64,000 nucleotides of DNA, from IMG/VR virus record IMGVR_UViG_3300013772_000002, positions 1 through 64,000 of that record; one strand, written 5' to 3'. This document shows positions 26,120-35,709 of the stretch, in pieces. The notes beneath the pieces are model-generated. The model saw only the letters and a list, made by a program, of their open reading frames with translations. It ran no database searches and had not been told where the DNA came from. Source of the stretch: a virus. A program made the position numbers and the translations under genes. The stretch's first letter is position 1; each line of letters opens with the position of its first letter.

Positions 26120-27529
26120 TTGGTGAACGAGGTTTCGTCGCGTATTCCAACAATTGAGGAGCTCTCCCGGGCGTGCGCCGATATCTGGGAGGTCGCTTGG
26201 GGGATGGGACTACGTCCCTTCCCGATGCACTACGAGATCGTTCCCGCCGCGATTCTCTATGAGTTCGGCGCGTATGGCATGCCCGGTCGCTTCTCGCATT
26301 GGTCGCATGGCAAGGCGTATCATCAGATGAAGACCGAGTACGACTATGGGCTTTCGAAAATCTATGAGCTCGTCGTCAACACGAATCCGTGCTACGCCTT
26401 TCTTCTGGACTCGAACGGCTTTATCCAGAATAAACTGATCATCGCTCACGTGCTCGCGCATTCCGACTTCTTCGCGAATAACGCCTACTTTGCCGAGACA
26501 AATCGTCATATGCTCGATACGATGCCCATGAGTGCGGAGCGTATCCGTGGCTACGAGTACGAGTATGGCAAGGACGCGGTCGAGTCGGTCATCGACGCGG
26601 CGCTCGCTATTTGTTTGCATCTCGATACGACCGCGACCGCGTACCCACGCCGACCGATTTATGACGACGAGGGGCGTCCCGATCCGAAGTGGCGCCCGCC
26701 CGCCCGCGAAACCGTTTACGACGATGTTTGGGAGGAGCGGAAAACGGAAGCCGCGCCCGCCGAAGCCCGTACGGGGGATTCCGCCCGCGACCTCCTCCTC
26801 TTTATCGCCCGACATTCTCCCGACGCCGAGGACTGGCAGCGCGACGTTATCAATATTATTCGTGAGGAGATGCGCTACTTCCGTCCACAAATGCAGACGA
26901 AGATATGCAACGAGGGGTGGGCCAGCTACTGGCATACCCGCATCTTGCGCGAACTCGATCTCACTGGCGAAGAATCGCTTGTTTGGATGGGGATGCACGG
27001 TGGCGTCGTCCAGCCCGGGAAGCGGCAGATCAACCCCTACTACCTCGGCTACAAAATCCTTGAGGACATCGAGAAGCGCTGGTCGGAGGATGGCAAGTAT
27101 CCCGAGAAGGGACGCGAGAAGCTCTTTGAGGTGCGCGAATTGGAGGCGGATGCCTCGCTCTTGCGCAACTACCTGACCAAGGAACTCTGCGAAGAACTCG
27201 ACCTCTATGTCTACGTGCGCGCTCCCCATAGTAATGATCTTGTCGTTTCCGAGAAAGAGGAGTGGGAGATCGTTCGTGATACCTTCGCCGCTGAACTCTC
27301 CAGTCGCGGCATTCCGATCATTGTCATCGATGATGGTGACTTCGGCGGCATGCGCGAGCTCTATATGCGCCATGTCCGTGACGGTCGCGATCTCGATCTC
27401 GACTATGCGAAACGCGTCATGGAGCGGATTCATCACCTCTGGGGGCGGAACGTTTATTTGGAAACGAGCAATGGCGAGAAGAAATCGGTCCTTGCCTACA
27501 ACGCGAAGAACGGGCATTCAACAAATTGA
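26120..27529 (+). CDS. spoVR: SpoVR/YcgB family protein
   Basis: GMPGRFSHWSHG, KIYELVVN, AHVLAHSDFF, TKICNEGWASYWH and INPYYLG. Confidence 0.93.
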   Translation: MVNEVSSRIPTIEELSRACADIWEVAWGMGLRPFPMHYEIVPAAILYEFGAYGMPGRFSHWSHGKAYHQMKTEYDYGLSKIYELVVNTNPCYAFLLDSNGFIQNKLIIAHVLAHSDFFANNAYFAETNRHMLDTMPMSAERIRGYEYEYGKDAVESVIDAALAICLHLDTTATAYPRRPIYDDEGRPDPKWRPPARETVYDDVWEERKTEAAPAEARTGDSARDLLLFIARHSPDAEDWQRDVINIIREEMRYFRPQMQTKICNEGWASYWHTRILRELDLTGEESLVWMGMHGGVVQPGKRQINPYYLGYKILEDIEKRWSEDGKYPEKGREKLFEVRELEADASLLRNYLTKELCEELDLYVYVRAPHSNDLVVSEKEEWEIVRDTFAAELSSRGIPIIVIDDGDFGGMRELYMRHVRDGRDLDLDYAKRVMERIHHLWGRNVYLETSNGEKKSVLAYNAKNGHSTN

Positions 27530-27559
27530 CACGACGCGATAACGATGATATTGTATTCC

Positions 27560-27712
27560 ATGCGTAAGGGGATCGTCTTGGCTACCTTCTTGATCACAGA
27601 CTTTGGCGTTGCCCTCCTCGTATTGGTCGGTATTTTCTTAGGCGTTTCACTCGGCATTTTCGTTATTTACTTGATTGATAAATCCATCGATGAAGGAACG
27701 CGTCGTGGATGA
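27560..27712 (+). CDS. Small membrane protein, 50 aa, possibly leaderless
   Basis: ATG 5 nt after the -10 box (27549-27554); long hydrophobic stretch. Confidence 0.55.
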   Translation: MRKGIVLATFLITDFGVALLVLVGIFLGVSLGIFVIYLIDKSIDEGTRRG

Positions 27713-27806
27713 TGTGATTTACAGGACGATTTTCGTCTTTGGCGCTCTTGCCTTTTTCCTCTTGCTCTTTCTCTTGTTGTGGATCGCGGATCGGGTGGGC
27801 AAATGA
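27705..27806 (+). CDS. Micro membrane peptide, 33 aa (MDDVIYRTIFVFG...)
   Basis: GAAGGA RBS; similar to the 24542 and 24772 peptides. Confidence 0.5.
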   Translation: MDDVIYRTIFVFGALAFFLLLFLLLWIADRVGK

Positions 27807-28195
27807 CGCACGGTCGTCCTGCCAGCCTATCGATCCCCGCCATCGAGAGCCAGGTACTGCTCTCTCGACTGGAGGAGCTGGCGGAGCAACGTGGCTACGA
27901 GCGCGCCACCGAAGAACTGACCAGTAAGTTTGTCGGCTATCAAAAGCGTAAGCGCACACAGGCGGACACCGATTACCATACGCTCAAGGAGCAATACGAC
28001 CAGTTGATGTACGTGGCGATGATGGCGATTGACCATCTTGGCGGCACACTCTATATGGACCCCGGGACAGAGACGAAGCCGACGACGCTGACGCATACCA
28101 TCGAAGGACCTGACCACCTGCCCGATGGCGGATGGGGATGGCGACTCGTTCCTTGCCATACTGGCGAAGATAATCTACGGGAGGAAACACAATGA
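27803..28195 (+). CDS. Hypothetical protein
   Basis: ATGA coupling. Confidence 0.6.
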   Translation: MTHGRPASLSIPAIESQVLLSRLEELAEQRGYERATEELTSKFVGYQKRKRTQADTDYHTLKEQYDQLMYVAMMAIDHLGGTLYMDPGTETKPTTLTHTIEGPDHLPDGGWGWRLVPCHTGEDNLREETQ

Positions 28196-28500
28196 CAAGC
28201 GATCCCGACCTGCAACTATCGGCGGTTCCCGATGATGAGGAAACGCCCTGGTATCCAACCTGTGCCGACGTCGCCGAAGCAATCGCTTTCGGAATGCGCG
28301 ACGGTTATCCAGACCGCCACGATCTTTCCATCCTCGATACATGTAGCGATGGCTGTATACTGCTTCTTCGCATTGGCGATGGCGTCTTTCCGGTCGTGAC
28401 GGGCGTGATGGAGGATGGCGGTTTCTTCCGTGTGCGCGTTGAGCGCATTGGTAAGAAGGCATGGACTCATGCCGCCGGAGAAAGCGCCGACTCCGTATGA
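28192..28500 (+). CDS. Hypothetical protein, 102 aa
   Basis: GGAGG RBS. Confidence 0.6.
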   Translation: MTSDPDLQLSAVPDDEETPWYPTCADVAEAIAFGMRDGYPDRHDLSILDTCSDGCILLLRIGDGVFPVVTGVMEDGGFFRVRVERIGKKAWTHAAGESADSV

Positions 28501-29876
28501 CGATTCCGACGACGCTCGCGGCGGGTGGTATCGCTGTCTTTGCCCTGGGCATTCTCGCCGCACGCATGCGAGGATTCGTTACCCTTCTGATGCGCTGCTG
28601 TTTCGTCACGGTCGAAGTGCGCAACAGCGAGAGCCTGTTCGCGAATGTCGAGCGCTGGTTCAATGTTGAGGAGTTCACGCGTGGCAGTCGCGCCCTGACC
28701 GCCGCTTTACGCGTCGCTCCAGCGACACCACGCCGCGAAAGCCGTTCGTCATATTTTGGTCCGATATCCTCGATGGGGATTGGGCAGATCGCGGAGGCGG
28801 ACCCACGTGCCGCGCTTCATTTCACCCCCGGTTCCGGAGAACACATTTTCTGGTACGGTCGTCGCCCCCTGTGGGTAACGAGATCGGTTGATACGTCCAG
28901 TAATACCACTGACACGCGCTATCGCGAGCGCTTCATCCTGCGTATCCTAACGCGCGATCCCGCGGTGGCTCGTGCCGTGATGGAGCACATCCGACGCGAG
29001 ACGACCCCCCTCGATGTGTCAACGATCGGCATCTTCGTTTCGCAGTCATCCGACTGGATGCCACTCGGCGAGAGGCAGCCACGATCTCCTGATTCGGTTG
29101 TTCTGCCGGGCAAGACGATGGTCGATCTGATTGCCGACGCACGTCGCTTTCTCGATGGTGAGGAGTGGTACCGCTCCTTGGGCATTCCCTATCGGCATGG
29201 CTACCTCTTTCACGGACCAAAAGGGACTGGGAAGTCCTCGGCGGCAGTTGCGTTGGCGGGCGAACTCGGACTCGATCTCTACGTTTTCAACCCGAGCGGC
29301 GGTCAGTTGGCGGACGATGGCATGCAATACCTCTTCGCTCAACTTCCCGAGCGCGCGATTGTCCTCTTGGAGGACGTCGATGCCGCTTTCGTGGGGCGCG
29401 AGGCGACCGGATCGTTCGGCGCCGGTGGTGGAATCACCTTCTCGGGTCTCCTCAACTGTCTGGATGGCGCCTACGCTGCCGAGGGTCGTATCCTCATTAT
29501 GACGACCAATCATAAGGATCGTCTCGACGAGGCGTTGATTCGTGACGGGCGCATTGACGTGACGGTCGGGTTCGGATTGGCGACGCGATCGCAAGTACGC
29601 ATGATGTATCGGCGCTTCTTCCCTAATGCGGGTGAACTCGATGCAGAGAAGTTTGCTGCCGATTCACGCGCAGAAACGATGGCGGAAGTTCAACGGGAAC
29701 TGCGTGAACTCGTTCAGAAGGGACCAAAGTCCCCTCCACGACAAACGTGGCAGCCGCGTCGGACGATCTTTGATTCCCCGGACACCCCAGTCGTCTATTT
29801 GCCACATCGCGTGAGGAAGATCACGAGGACCAAGAAGGACGAGAGGATTGGAAGGCGAATCCGTGATGAAGTATGA
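28497..29876 (+). CDS. BCS1-like AAA+ ATPase with an N-terminal TM segment
   Basis: PGSGEHIFWY (BCS1_N-like), GYLFHGPKGTGKSS, LLEDVD, ITFSGLLNCLDG and MTTNH...LIRDGRID. Confidence 0.88.
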   Translation: MTIPTTLAAGGIAVFALGILAARMRGFVTLLMRCCFVTVEVRNSESLFANVERWFNVEEFTRGSRALTAALRVAPATPRRESRSSYFGPISSMGIGQIAEADPRAALHFTPGSGEHIFWYGRRPLWVTRSVDTSSNTTDTRYRERFILRILTRDPAVARAVMEHIRRETTPLDVSTIGIFVSQSSDWMPLGERQPRSPDSVVLPGKTMVDLIADARRFLDGEEWYRSLGIPYRHGYLFHGPKGTGKSSAAVALAGELGLDLYVFNPSGGQLADDGMQYLFAQLPERAIVLLEDVDAAFVGREATGSFGAGGGITFSGLLNCLDGAYAAEGRILIMTTNHKDRLDEALIRDGRIDVTVGFGLATRSQVRMMYRRFFPNAGELDAEKFAADSRAETMAEVQRELRELVQKGPKSPPRQTWQPRRTIFDSPDTPVVYLPHRVRKITRTKKDERIGRRIRDEV

Positions 29877-30417
29877 GATCATCCTCGCAGATTGCCCCTG
29901 GCCATACTATGGATCGAAAGTTAAAGATGCAGCGGCGGGAAAACATTATGATCTCATGAGCCTGGATGATATTGCCAAGATACCCGTTCGTGAGATGGCT
30001 GAGAAGCGCGCCGCTCTCTTCCTCTGGGCTACCTGCCCGCGATTGCCTGACGCGATCGACACAATTCGTGCATGGGGTTGGCATTACCGTGGCGTGGCGT
30101 TCGCCTGGTGCAAGGTCCGGAAGAGTGATGGCGCACTCATCCATGGACAGGGTGTGCCACCGACTTTCACGAAGCCATCCATGGAGCTCCTACTTGTGGC
30201 AACGACGATGAAGACCGGGCGGGCATTTCCGCTTCTCGACCTCGCGATGCCCCAAGTCGTCCTCGCCCCGCGTGGTGCACACTCGGAGAAGCCGGCCATT
30301 TTTCGCACGCTGATCACCGACCTGCTCGGAGATCGACCTCGCGTCGAATTGTTTGCCAGGCAACAGGTCGACGGTTGGGACGCTAAGGGAATTGATGTGG
30401 ACGGCACACGATGGTAG
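29866..30417 (+). CDS. MT-A70 family adenine methyltransferase
   Basis: ILADCPW, LFLWAT, HSEKP and VELFAR. Confidence 0.88.
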   Translation: MKYEIILADCPWPYYGSKVKDAAAGKHYDLMSLDDIAKIPVREMAEKRAALFLWATCPRLPDAIDTIRAWGWHYRGVAFAWCKVRKSDGALIHGQGVPPTFTKPSMELLLVATTMKTGRAFPLLDLAMPQVVLAPRGAHSEKPAIFRTLITDLLGDRPRVELFARQQVDGWDAKGIDVDGTRW

Positions 30418-30427
30418 AAGGAGAGTA

Positions 30428-30817
30428 ATGATGACAAACGTACACACACTGATTGAGGATCAAATTGACGCGGCGATCATTCTTATCGAGGAGATACGGG
30501 CAGCGCATGAAGAGCAAATGCGCGCGTTCCTTGACGTGGAGATCAGCCCCTTGGAACAAGAGATAATCGGTATCGAGTTCCTTGGCGATTGTCGTTTCAA
30601 GATACCGATACGCGACGGGCTTGGAATGGACGTCTATTTCGCTGACGTTAATTTTGATGGTGACCCGACATGGAGTTACTCAATACATGGACCGCATGCA
30701 TCAAGGTCGGGATGGTGCGGCGGCGGCGACCTGCGTCGCCATATCGTCGATTTATGTGCGCGCATGAAGATCGCGGCACGTCAGTCGTTGGTCGCCGCGA
30801 AAACGACATCTGAATGA
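30428..30817 (+). CDS. Hypothetical protein
   Basis: AAGGAG RBS. Confidence 0.65.
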   Translation: MMTNVHTLIEDQIDAAIILIEEIRAAHEEQMRAFLDVEISPLEQEIIGIEFLGDCRFKIPIRDGLGMDVYFADVNFDGDPTWSYSIHGPHASRSGWCGGGDLRRHIVDLCARMKIAARQSLVAAKTTSE

Positions 30818-31311
30818 CCCGATTAATTATCGCCGGTAGTCGTGGCTTCGATCCGGATCGGATTGCCAAGAGCGGTCTTGCCCCGGACATGACGATCGAT
30901 CAGATCAACTCGGTCGTTCGTCGTTTTCTTTTTCTAACGATCGACACTGCCTATACATCCTTGGCACTTGGTCTAGCCGACCGTACGATCGAAAAGGTTG
31001 TCTCGGGGGGAGCGGTCGGTGTCGATACGTACGGAGAGCAGTGGGCGCGCCAAGAGGGCATTCCCGTGCGTCGGTTTCTGCCCGAGTATGAAAAGTTCAA
31101 GAATAAGAGGGCAGCGCCGCTCGCGCGCAATGTGGAGATGGCCGCACATGGCACTGCCCTGATCGCGATCAGTCTCGGAGAATCCACGGGAACCGCGCAC
31201 ATGATGCGAGTCGCACGCGACCATGGGCTGCCAGTCGCCGCCATTCACGTTCCGGACGAAACGCTATCGCGCGTTTTGCGCTACTCGACGCATTTCTTTC
31301 TTGCTACTTGA
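30814..31311 (+). CDS. SLOG family protein (DUF2493/YspA-like)
   Basis: IIAGSR, VSGGAVGVD, AAPLARN and STGTAHM. Confidence 0.85.
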   Translation: MTRLIIAGSRGFDPDRIAKSGLAPDMTIDQINSVVRRFLFLTIDTAYTSLALGLADRTIEKVVSGGAVGVDTYGEQWARQEGIPVRRFLPEYEKFKNKRAAPLARNVEMAAHGTALIAISLGESTGTAHMMRVARDHGLPVAAIHVPDETLSRVLRYSTHFFLAT

Positions 31312-31371
31312 CAACATAAGAGAACAACGATATACTCTTACCCGAGATCGTCTCCTTGCCAGAAGGATCGT

Positions 31372-31587
31372 ATGCTATTTAAGGCTCGTGTCAACAATCG
31401 CATTTATGATGACTTCTCCTCCCTTTGCGATCGTCTCGGTCTTATCTGGGACACGGAAGTCGAGATAATGCTGATCGACCGTATTTCCCGACTGAGTCTT
31501 GTCTGGGCGGCGACCGATGAGGGGCTGCACGCGCTGTCACCCATGGTCGCCGTCGAAACACGTTCTCTTTTCGGCGATATCGAATGA
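31372..31587 (+). CDS. Hypothetical protein, 71 aa
   Basis: Promoter 31308, GAAGGA RBS. Confidence 0.6.
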   Translation: MLFKARVNNRIYDDFSSLCDRLGLIWDTEVEIMLIDRISRLSLVWAATDEGLHALSPMVAVETRSLFGDIE

Positions 31588-31898
31588 TTGACGGAGCCGC
31601 GCTCGCCGGTTGCTCAATTGTCTTCATCGGACTGACGCGAGATCGGACGCGGATTAGCTTTCACTTCGCGAATGGCGAGCCATCCCTGACGGGCGCGGGT
31701 GCGGGCAAACACGTTACCTGGACGCGAGCCGAGGGAGACGCGGTGCCGCCCTCGATGATTAGTCCGTGCGAGAAGCCCCTCGACCAGGTCCTCACCTTCC
31801 CTGACGGCGTTCTCTTCGCCTGGTTTGGGCGCGCGCCTCGGCGTTACTCCTGGGTAAATGGCGTGTGGCGAGACGATGCGACTGAAGGATCGACATGA
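31584..31898 (+). CDS. Hypothetical protein, 104 aa
   Basis: ATGA coupling. Confidence 0.6.
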   Translation: MIDGAALAGCSIVFIGLTRDRTRISFHFANGEPSLTGAGAGKHVTWTRAEGDAVPPSMISPCEKPLDQVLTFPDGVLFAWFGRAPRRYSWVNGVWRDDATEGST

Positions 31899-32176
31899 CG
31901 TACGCCGAGCGTCTCTACGGTCACATGATTCGGACGCGAGTAAAGCATTACCGCGTTCCCCGTTCCCCGAAACGCTTCTTTGCTACATATCTCGCGAACG
32001 TGCAGGATCGAGGCATTCCCGCCGTCTGTCGTGACCGCTATGAGGTCCTGCGCAACAGTGATGAGCGCGGGGTTGTCGTCGACTGGGAGCGTGTCTTTCT
32101 CCTCGACTTTCTGATCGACATTCGTATTCACCCCGAGCCGGAGGAAACCGATGGCGAACCCGACGACGATTCCTGA
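31895..32176 (+). CDS. Hypothetical protein, 93 aa
   Basis: ATGA coupling, GAAGGA RBS. Confidence 0.6.
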   Translation: MTYAERLYGHMIRTRVKHYRVPRSPKRFFATYLANVQDRGIPAVCRDRYEVLRNSDERGVVVDWERVFLLDFLIDIRIHPEPEETDGEPDDDS

Positions 32177-32423
32177 TAGTGCACGTATTGACGGTCTACT
32201 CGCGAGTTGCGGTATCTCAGTGATGAACGTCGATGAGATTACCAACCGTGACGCGATTGGTTGGCGTTTCTCCTGTTTTGTCGGACCGAGTAGTGCCGAT
32301 GTTGGGGCGGTTGCTCAGGCAGAAGCGGCGCTCATCAAGGCTGGGTATATTCCGGGATTTACCTGGGAAAACGACGAGGCCGCGAAAAATGGTTGGGGTC
32401 GCTGTATTTTGAAGGTGTTGTGA
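32151..32423 (+). CDS. Hypothetical protein, 90 aa
   Basis: GGAGG RBS. Confidence 0.6.
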   Translation: MANPTTIPDSARIDGLLASCGISVMNVDEITNRDAIGWRFSCFVGPSSADVGAVAQAEAALIKAGYIPGFTWENDEAAKNGWGRCILKVL

Positions 32424-32424
32424 C

Positions 32425-32703
32425 TTGCAGGCACATTATCTCGAGTGCATCGCGCGCGACGGTGTCATGTATGAATTTGAATATTGCACCGAAGCACTTG
32501 CATCGGGATCAACGGTGCTCTTTTGCCTGATCACCGTTGAGGACCCTACCGCACAGAACCTGCGCTATTACAACAAGGTCTGGACTGATTCGACGAAATG
32601 GGTAATGCCCGTCTTCTACAACTTTCAAGGTAAGTTCATTAACGACGTCGACTATCGTCGGCAATATCTGATAGAAGGAGTGACCGATGAGTGTCCCGGG
32701 TGA
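32425..32703 (+). CDS. Hypothetical protein, 92 aa
   Basis: Tiled ORF. Confidence 0.55.
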   Translation: MQAHYLECIARDGVMYEFEYCTEALASGSTVLFCLITVEDPTAQNLRYYNKVWTDSTKWVMPVFYNFQGKFINDVDYRRQYLIEGVTDECPG

Positions 32704-33370
32704 CGGCCTCGATACGCCGGAGCGCAATCGCCGCCGTGAGGCGCGACAGAACGGCACATTGGCACAAGTGCCCCCACCGCCCCCACCACCGGAGGATGAT
32801 GGACCGGAGGAGCACTGGGCGGTCCGACACCTGCGCGAGAAAGGCGTGCCCGTCACCAGCCAGTCGCTGGCCATTCAGCGAGCGGGGGGTGAGGTCGTCT
32901 ATCCCGACATCGATGCGCTGGGTAATAAGGTAAAGCCGGAGGTAGCGGATGAATCGATGATTCCCGCCGTCCGCTCGGCGAAGATTGACGCATTCCTCGC
33001 TCACGAACGCGACGAGGACGTCCTCCCCGACGAGGGTGGAAGCGACGATCTGGATGCGGCGATGGCGTCGATGGCGGTACGTACACGGAAGACGGTCTCG
33101 CATCCTGAATACCAGCAGGACGTTGTGACCCATGCGCCGAAAGTTGGCTCCGTGGGGTTGCCGTCGCGTGCCGTCGATCTCGTTTCTCTTGCCGATTCCG
33201 AGGGCTTGACATTGACCATTGCGACACTCCCCTATCTCCAGGAGTGGGAACGCAAGATGGAGGCATGGCTTGCTGCCGAGCGCGCCAAGGATGCCGCACA
33301 CCAGAAGAAACAGGATCAGGCGATCGCCTCGGTGATGCGTACAGTCGGCGCACTGCTCGGTAAAGAATGA
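32687..33370 (+). CDS. Hypothetical protein, 227 aa
   Basis: GAAGGAG RBS. Confidence 0.7.
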   Translation: MSVPGDGLDTPERNRRREARQNGTLAQVPPPPPPPEDDGPEEHWAVRHLREKGVPVTSQSLAIQRAGGEVVYPDIDALGNKVKPEVADESMIPAVRSAKIDAFLAHERDEDVLPDEGGSDDLDAAMASMAVRTRKTVSHPEYQQDVVTHAPKVGSVGLPSRAVDLVSLADSEGLTLTIATLPYLQEWERKMEAWLAAERAKDAAHQKKQDQAIASVMRTVGALLGKE

Positions 33371-33627
33371 TCCTCGAACAAGAGAATCTCATCGATCTGA
33401 TTGCGAAGATCAACGAGCAATGGGGATATTTCGAGAGCGACCAACAGCCGCCCCCTCATCTTCGGTCGAGCGCATGGGAAGTTCACTCTCTTGCTGAGAC
33501 AACGACCTTTTTACTCACGGTTCTTGATAAGGCGGGCGTTGCTTATAAGCGACCGGACTTCCCCTATGTGGGCGGTCTGCCCGTTATCCTCAAAGAGGTC
33601 TTCGGAGAGAAGAAAAAGAAGAAATGA
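33367..33627 (+). CDS. Hypothetical protein, 86 aa
   Basis: ATGA coupling. Confidence 0.6.
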   Translation: MILEQENLIDLIAKINEQWGYFESDQQPPPHLRSSAWEVHSLAETTTFLLTVLDKAGVAYKRPDFPYVGGLPVILKEVFGEKKKKK

Positions 33628-34034
33628 AGCAACTCTTCACAGTGGCTCCGCCCGAGCCAACACGACAGGATCATACGCTGGTGATTGGTGAGGCGTGGGA
33701 ATGGACGGTCACCTTTCCTCCGGAAGTGTGTGATGGGCGACACGGCTTCGCCCTTGCCGTCTTTATTCATTCATTGGGCGTTGTACCATGGGCTCAGGCG
33801 GACGTCGCGGTAATCGATCATAACCAAGTTCGTTTGTCATTCTCCGCAGGAAAGACCGCGCTTCTCCCGCTACGGAATCGCCTTTGGTATGAGCTCCGTA
33901 CTATCGATCCCGATGGAGACGGTCACGTGTGGGCGCATGGTCGTATCGACCTCATGACGCCCAACGAGCACGCGAAGAGCATTCGCCGCGTCAGCTACAA
34001 GATCACTATCCCGGTGCCGTCTCGTGCTCGATGA
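33624..34034 (+). CDS. Hypothetical protein, beta-sandwich-like
   Basis: ATGA coupling. Confidence 0.6.
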   Translation: MKQLFTVAPPEPTRQDHTLVIGEAWEWTVTFPPEVCDGRHGFALAVFIHSLGVVPWAQADVAVIDHNQVRLSFSAGKTALLPLRNRLWYELRTIDPDGDGHVWAHGRIDLMTPNEHAKSIRRVSYKITIPVPSRAR

Positions 34035-34218
34035 ACTCTTGCCACTGATGAATGCGCTCGACGATGCTACCGAGCGTCTCGCGGAGTACCTCGCCGTCCA
34101 CCCCCGCACCGACGCTTCGACGATTGAGGAGGCGCGCGCTCTTACGACCGCCTGGCTCGCCGTTCGTGCCGTTAGGGTGGCGAAATGGTGGTACTGGGCC
34201 TGGCGTGTTGACACGTAG
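34024..34218 (+). CDS. Hypothetical protein, 64 aa
   Basis: Tiled ORF. Confidence 0.5.
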   Translation: MLDELLPLMNALDDATERLAEYLAVHPRTDASTIEEARALTTAWLAVRAVRVAKWWYWAWRVDT

Positions 34219-34290
34219 CGAATGTCATGGTACAACTACTTTGTCAACACATGAATCCCCTGTTGGGGGGAAGGCGAGAAGGAGTAAACA

Positions 34291-34782
34291 TTGGCAGGCG
34301 ATTATCAGGGTCCCGCTCGGGCACGAGGCAAACAGCACGCGACGATTTTCGGTAAGATCGTCATGGACAAGAACACGGACCATCTGACGGTTTCCCACAC
34401 CGATGGTGGCTCCGCGTTCGTCGAGTTCACGGTCGTGGTGAGCGACCTCGTCAAGGGCGTCGAGGTTCCAACCTTCTACAAGTGCACCCTTTGGGGAGCC
34501 GGTGAGGGTGGGGAGAAATACCTCCAGTTCGTTTGTGGTAAATGGGAGAAGAACAAGCCGATCACCGTCATTGGTAAGCAGACGCATCGTGCATGGATCA
34601 ATCGGGATGGCATTGCGCAGCCGGGACCGGAAATACGGGTCGCGGACATCTTCTATGAGCCGAATTGGGACCAGGTTCCGGTAGGGGGCGCGCCCGATGA
34701 CTCGAACTACGGTCAGCTCGTCGGCGCCGCCGCCGCTAAAGCCCCCGCCATTGACGCGAACGCCGATCCGAACGCGTGGTAA
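34291..34782 (+). CDS. ssb: Single-stranded DNA-binding protein (OB fold)
   Basis: TIFGKIV..D, FTVVVS, FYKCTLWG, ITVIGK and W...DG...EIRV pattern; AAGGAG RBS. Confidence 0.72.
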   Translation: MAGDYQGPARARGKQHATIFGKIVMDKNTDHLTVSHTDGGSAFVEFTVVVSDLVKGVEVPTFYKCTLWGAGEGGEKYLQFVCGKWEKNKPITVIGKQTHRAWINRDGIAQPGPEIRVADIFYEPNWDQVPVGGAPDDSNYGQLVGAAAAKAPAIDANADPNAW

Positions 34783-35357
34783 AGGTTCCCGCCACCGGAC
34801 ATCTCCGTCCGCGGACCTTCTCCTTTGCCCTTCCCAATCACGGGAAGGGCAAAGCGCAGGTCTTTGGTGAAGTATTCGCGAACTATATTGTCCATCATGA
34901 CGCGCATATTGCTTCCGGAATCTCCGCGAGTGACACTCGCCTCGGAGAAATCGACTGGACCGAATGGGATCGTGAACGCGCGATCATGACCGTTGGCGCG
35001 CGCGTTGACTACGCGATGAATCACGGCACTTGGTGCCTGATACGCATTTGGGCTGACGCACCCGAGTCGATCGCCACTGGTTACGGCGCCATGCCGGAGT
35101 ACGGCGCGACCCATGTCGGTCGTCACGTGTTCGCTGAATCACTTGACATTAGTCGAGGCGGCACGGCTCCACGACTCGATGCTCCCCTGGGCGATTGGGT
35201 TGAGACTAATCAACTCCTCGTTCCACGCGAGACCGGAACAATCATTACCCCCGGAACACAATTCTCCCATATTCTCAAGACCCTAGAAATCTTGCCCGCC
35301 GAACTGGTTGAGGAGACGGCAATTCGTATCGAATTTCTGCCGGAATCATTCGACTGA
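34776..35357 (+). CDS. Hypothetical protein, 193 aa
   Basis: Tiled ORF. Confidence 0.65.
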   Translation: MVKVPATGHLRPRTFSFALPNHGKGKAQVFGEVFANYIVHHDAHIASGISASDTRLGEIDWTEWDRERAIMTVGARVDYAMNHGTWCLIRIWADAPESIATGYGAMPEYGATHVGRHVFAESLDISRGGTAPRLDAPLGDWVETNQLLVPRETGTIITPGTQFSHILKTLEILPAELVEETAIRIEFLPESFD

Positions 35358-35405
35358 CTTATTGACAGCGTCCCCATAACATGACATTATCTATCGGGAG
35401 GTCGC

Positions 35406-35708
35406 GTGCGAACCCGCGAGATGGGCTACGATCCGCTCTTCTTTCCCATCAACTCAGTTGCCCGGATTGCCGCGGTGATCAAAATCGACGCGGGTTTCGT
35501 GCACGAGAAGGCACGAGACATTCTCGGTCGTTATCCGGGCATCCAGACGGCACTCGCCGACGCCGAGGTGCCGCGCGTCGTCAACGCTTGCCGACCATAT
35601 ATGCCACGCGACGACGAGGCGTGGGAGGCAGAGGAAGACGATTGTGAGTATCGCGATCTGATTGAGCGGTACGGCGGCGACCTCTTCGACGCGCCACGAG
35701 AGGAATGA
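35406..35708 (+). CDS. Hypothetical protein, 100 aa
   Basis: Promoter 35362, GGAGGT RBS. Confidence 0.65.
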   Translation: MRTREMGYDPLFFPINSVARIAAVIKIDAGFVHEKARDILGRYPGIQTALADAEVPRVVNACRPYMPRDDEAWEAEEDDCEYRDLIERYGGDLFDAPREE

Positions 35709-35709
35709 A

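Noticed and set aside
26210-27517. Long antisense ORFs (also 39233-40252, 61613-62620, 62945-63955, 53844-54806, 3624-4457)
   Set aside because: Shadow frames of GC-biased real genes on the opposite strand, with no RBS or recognisable motifs
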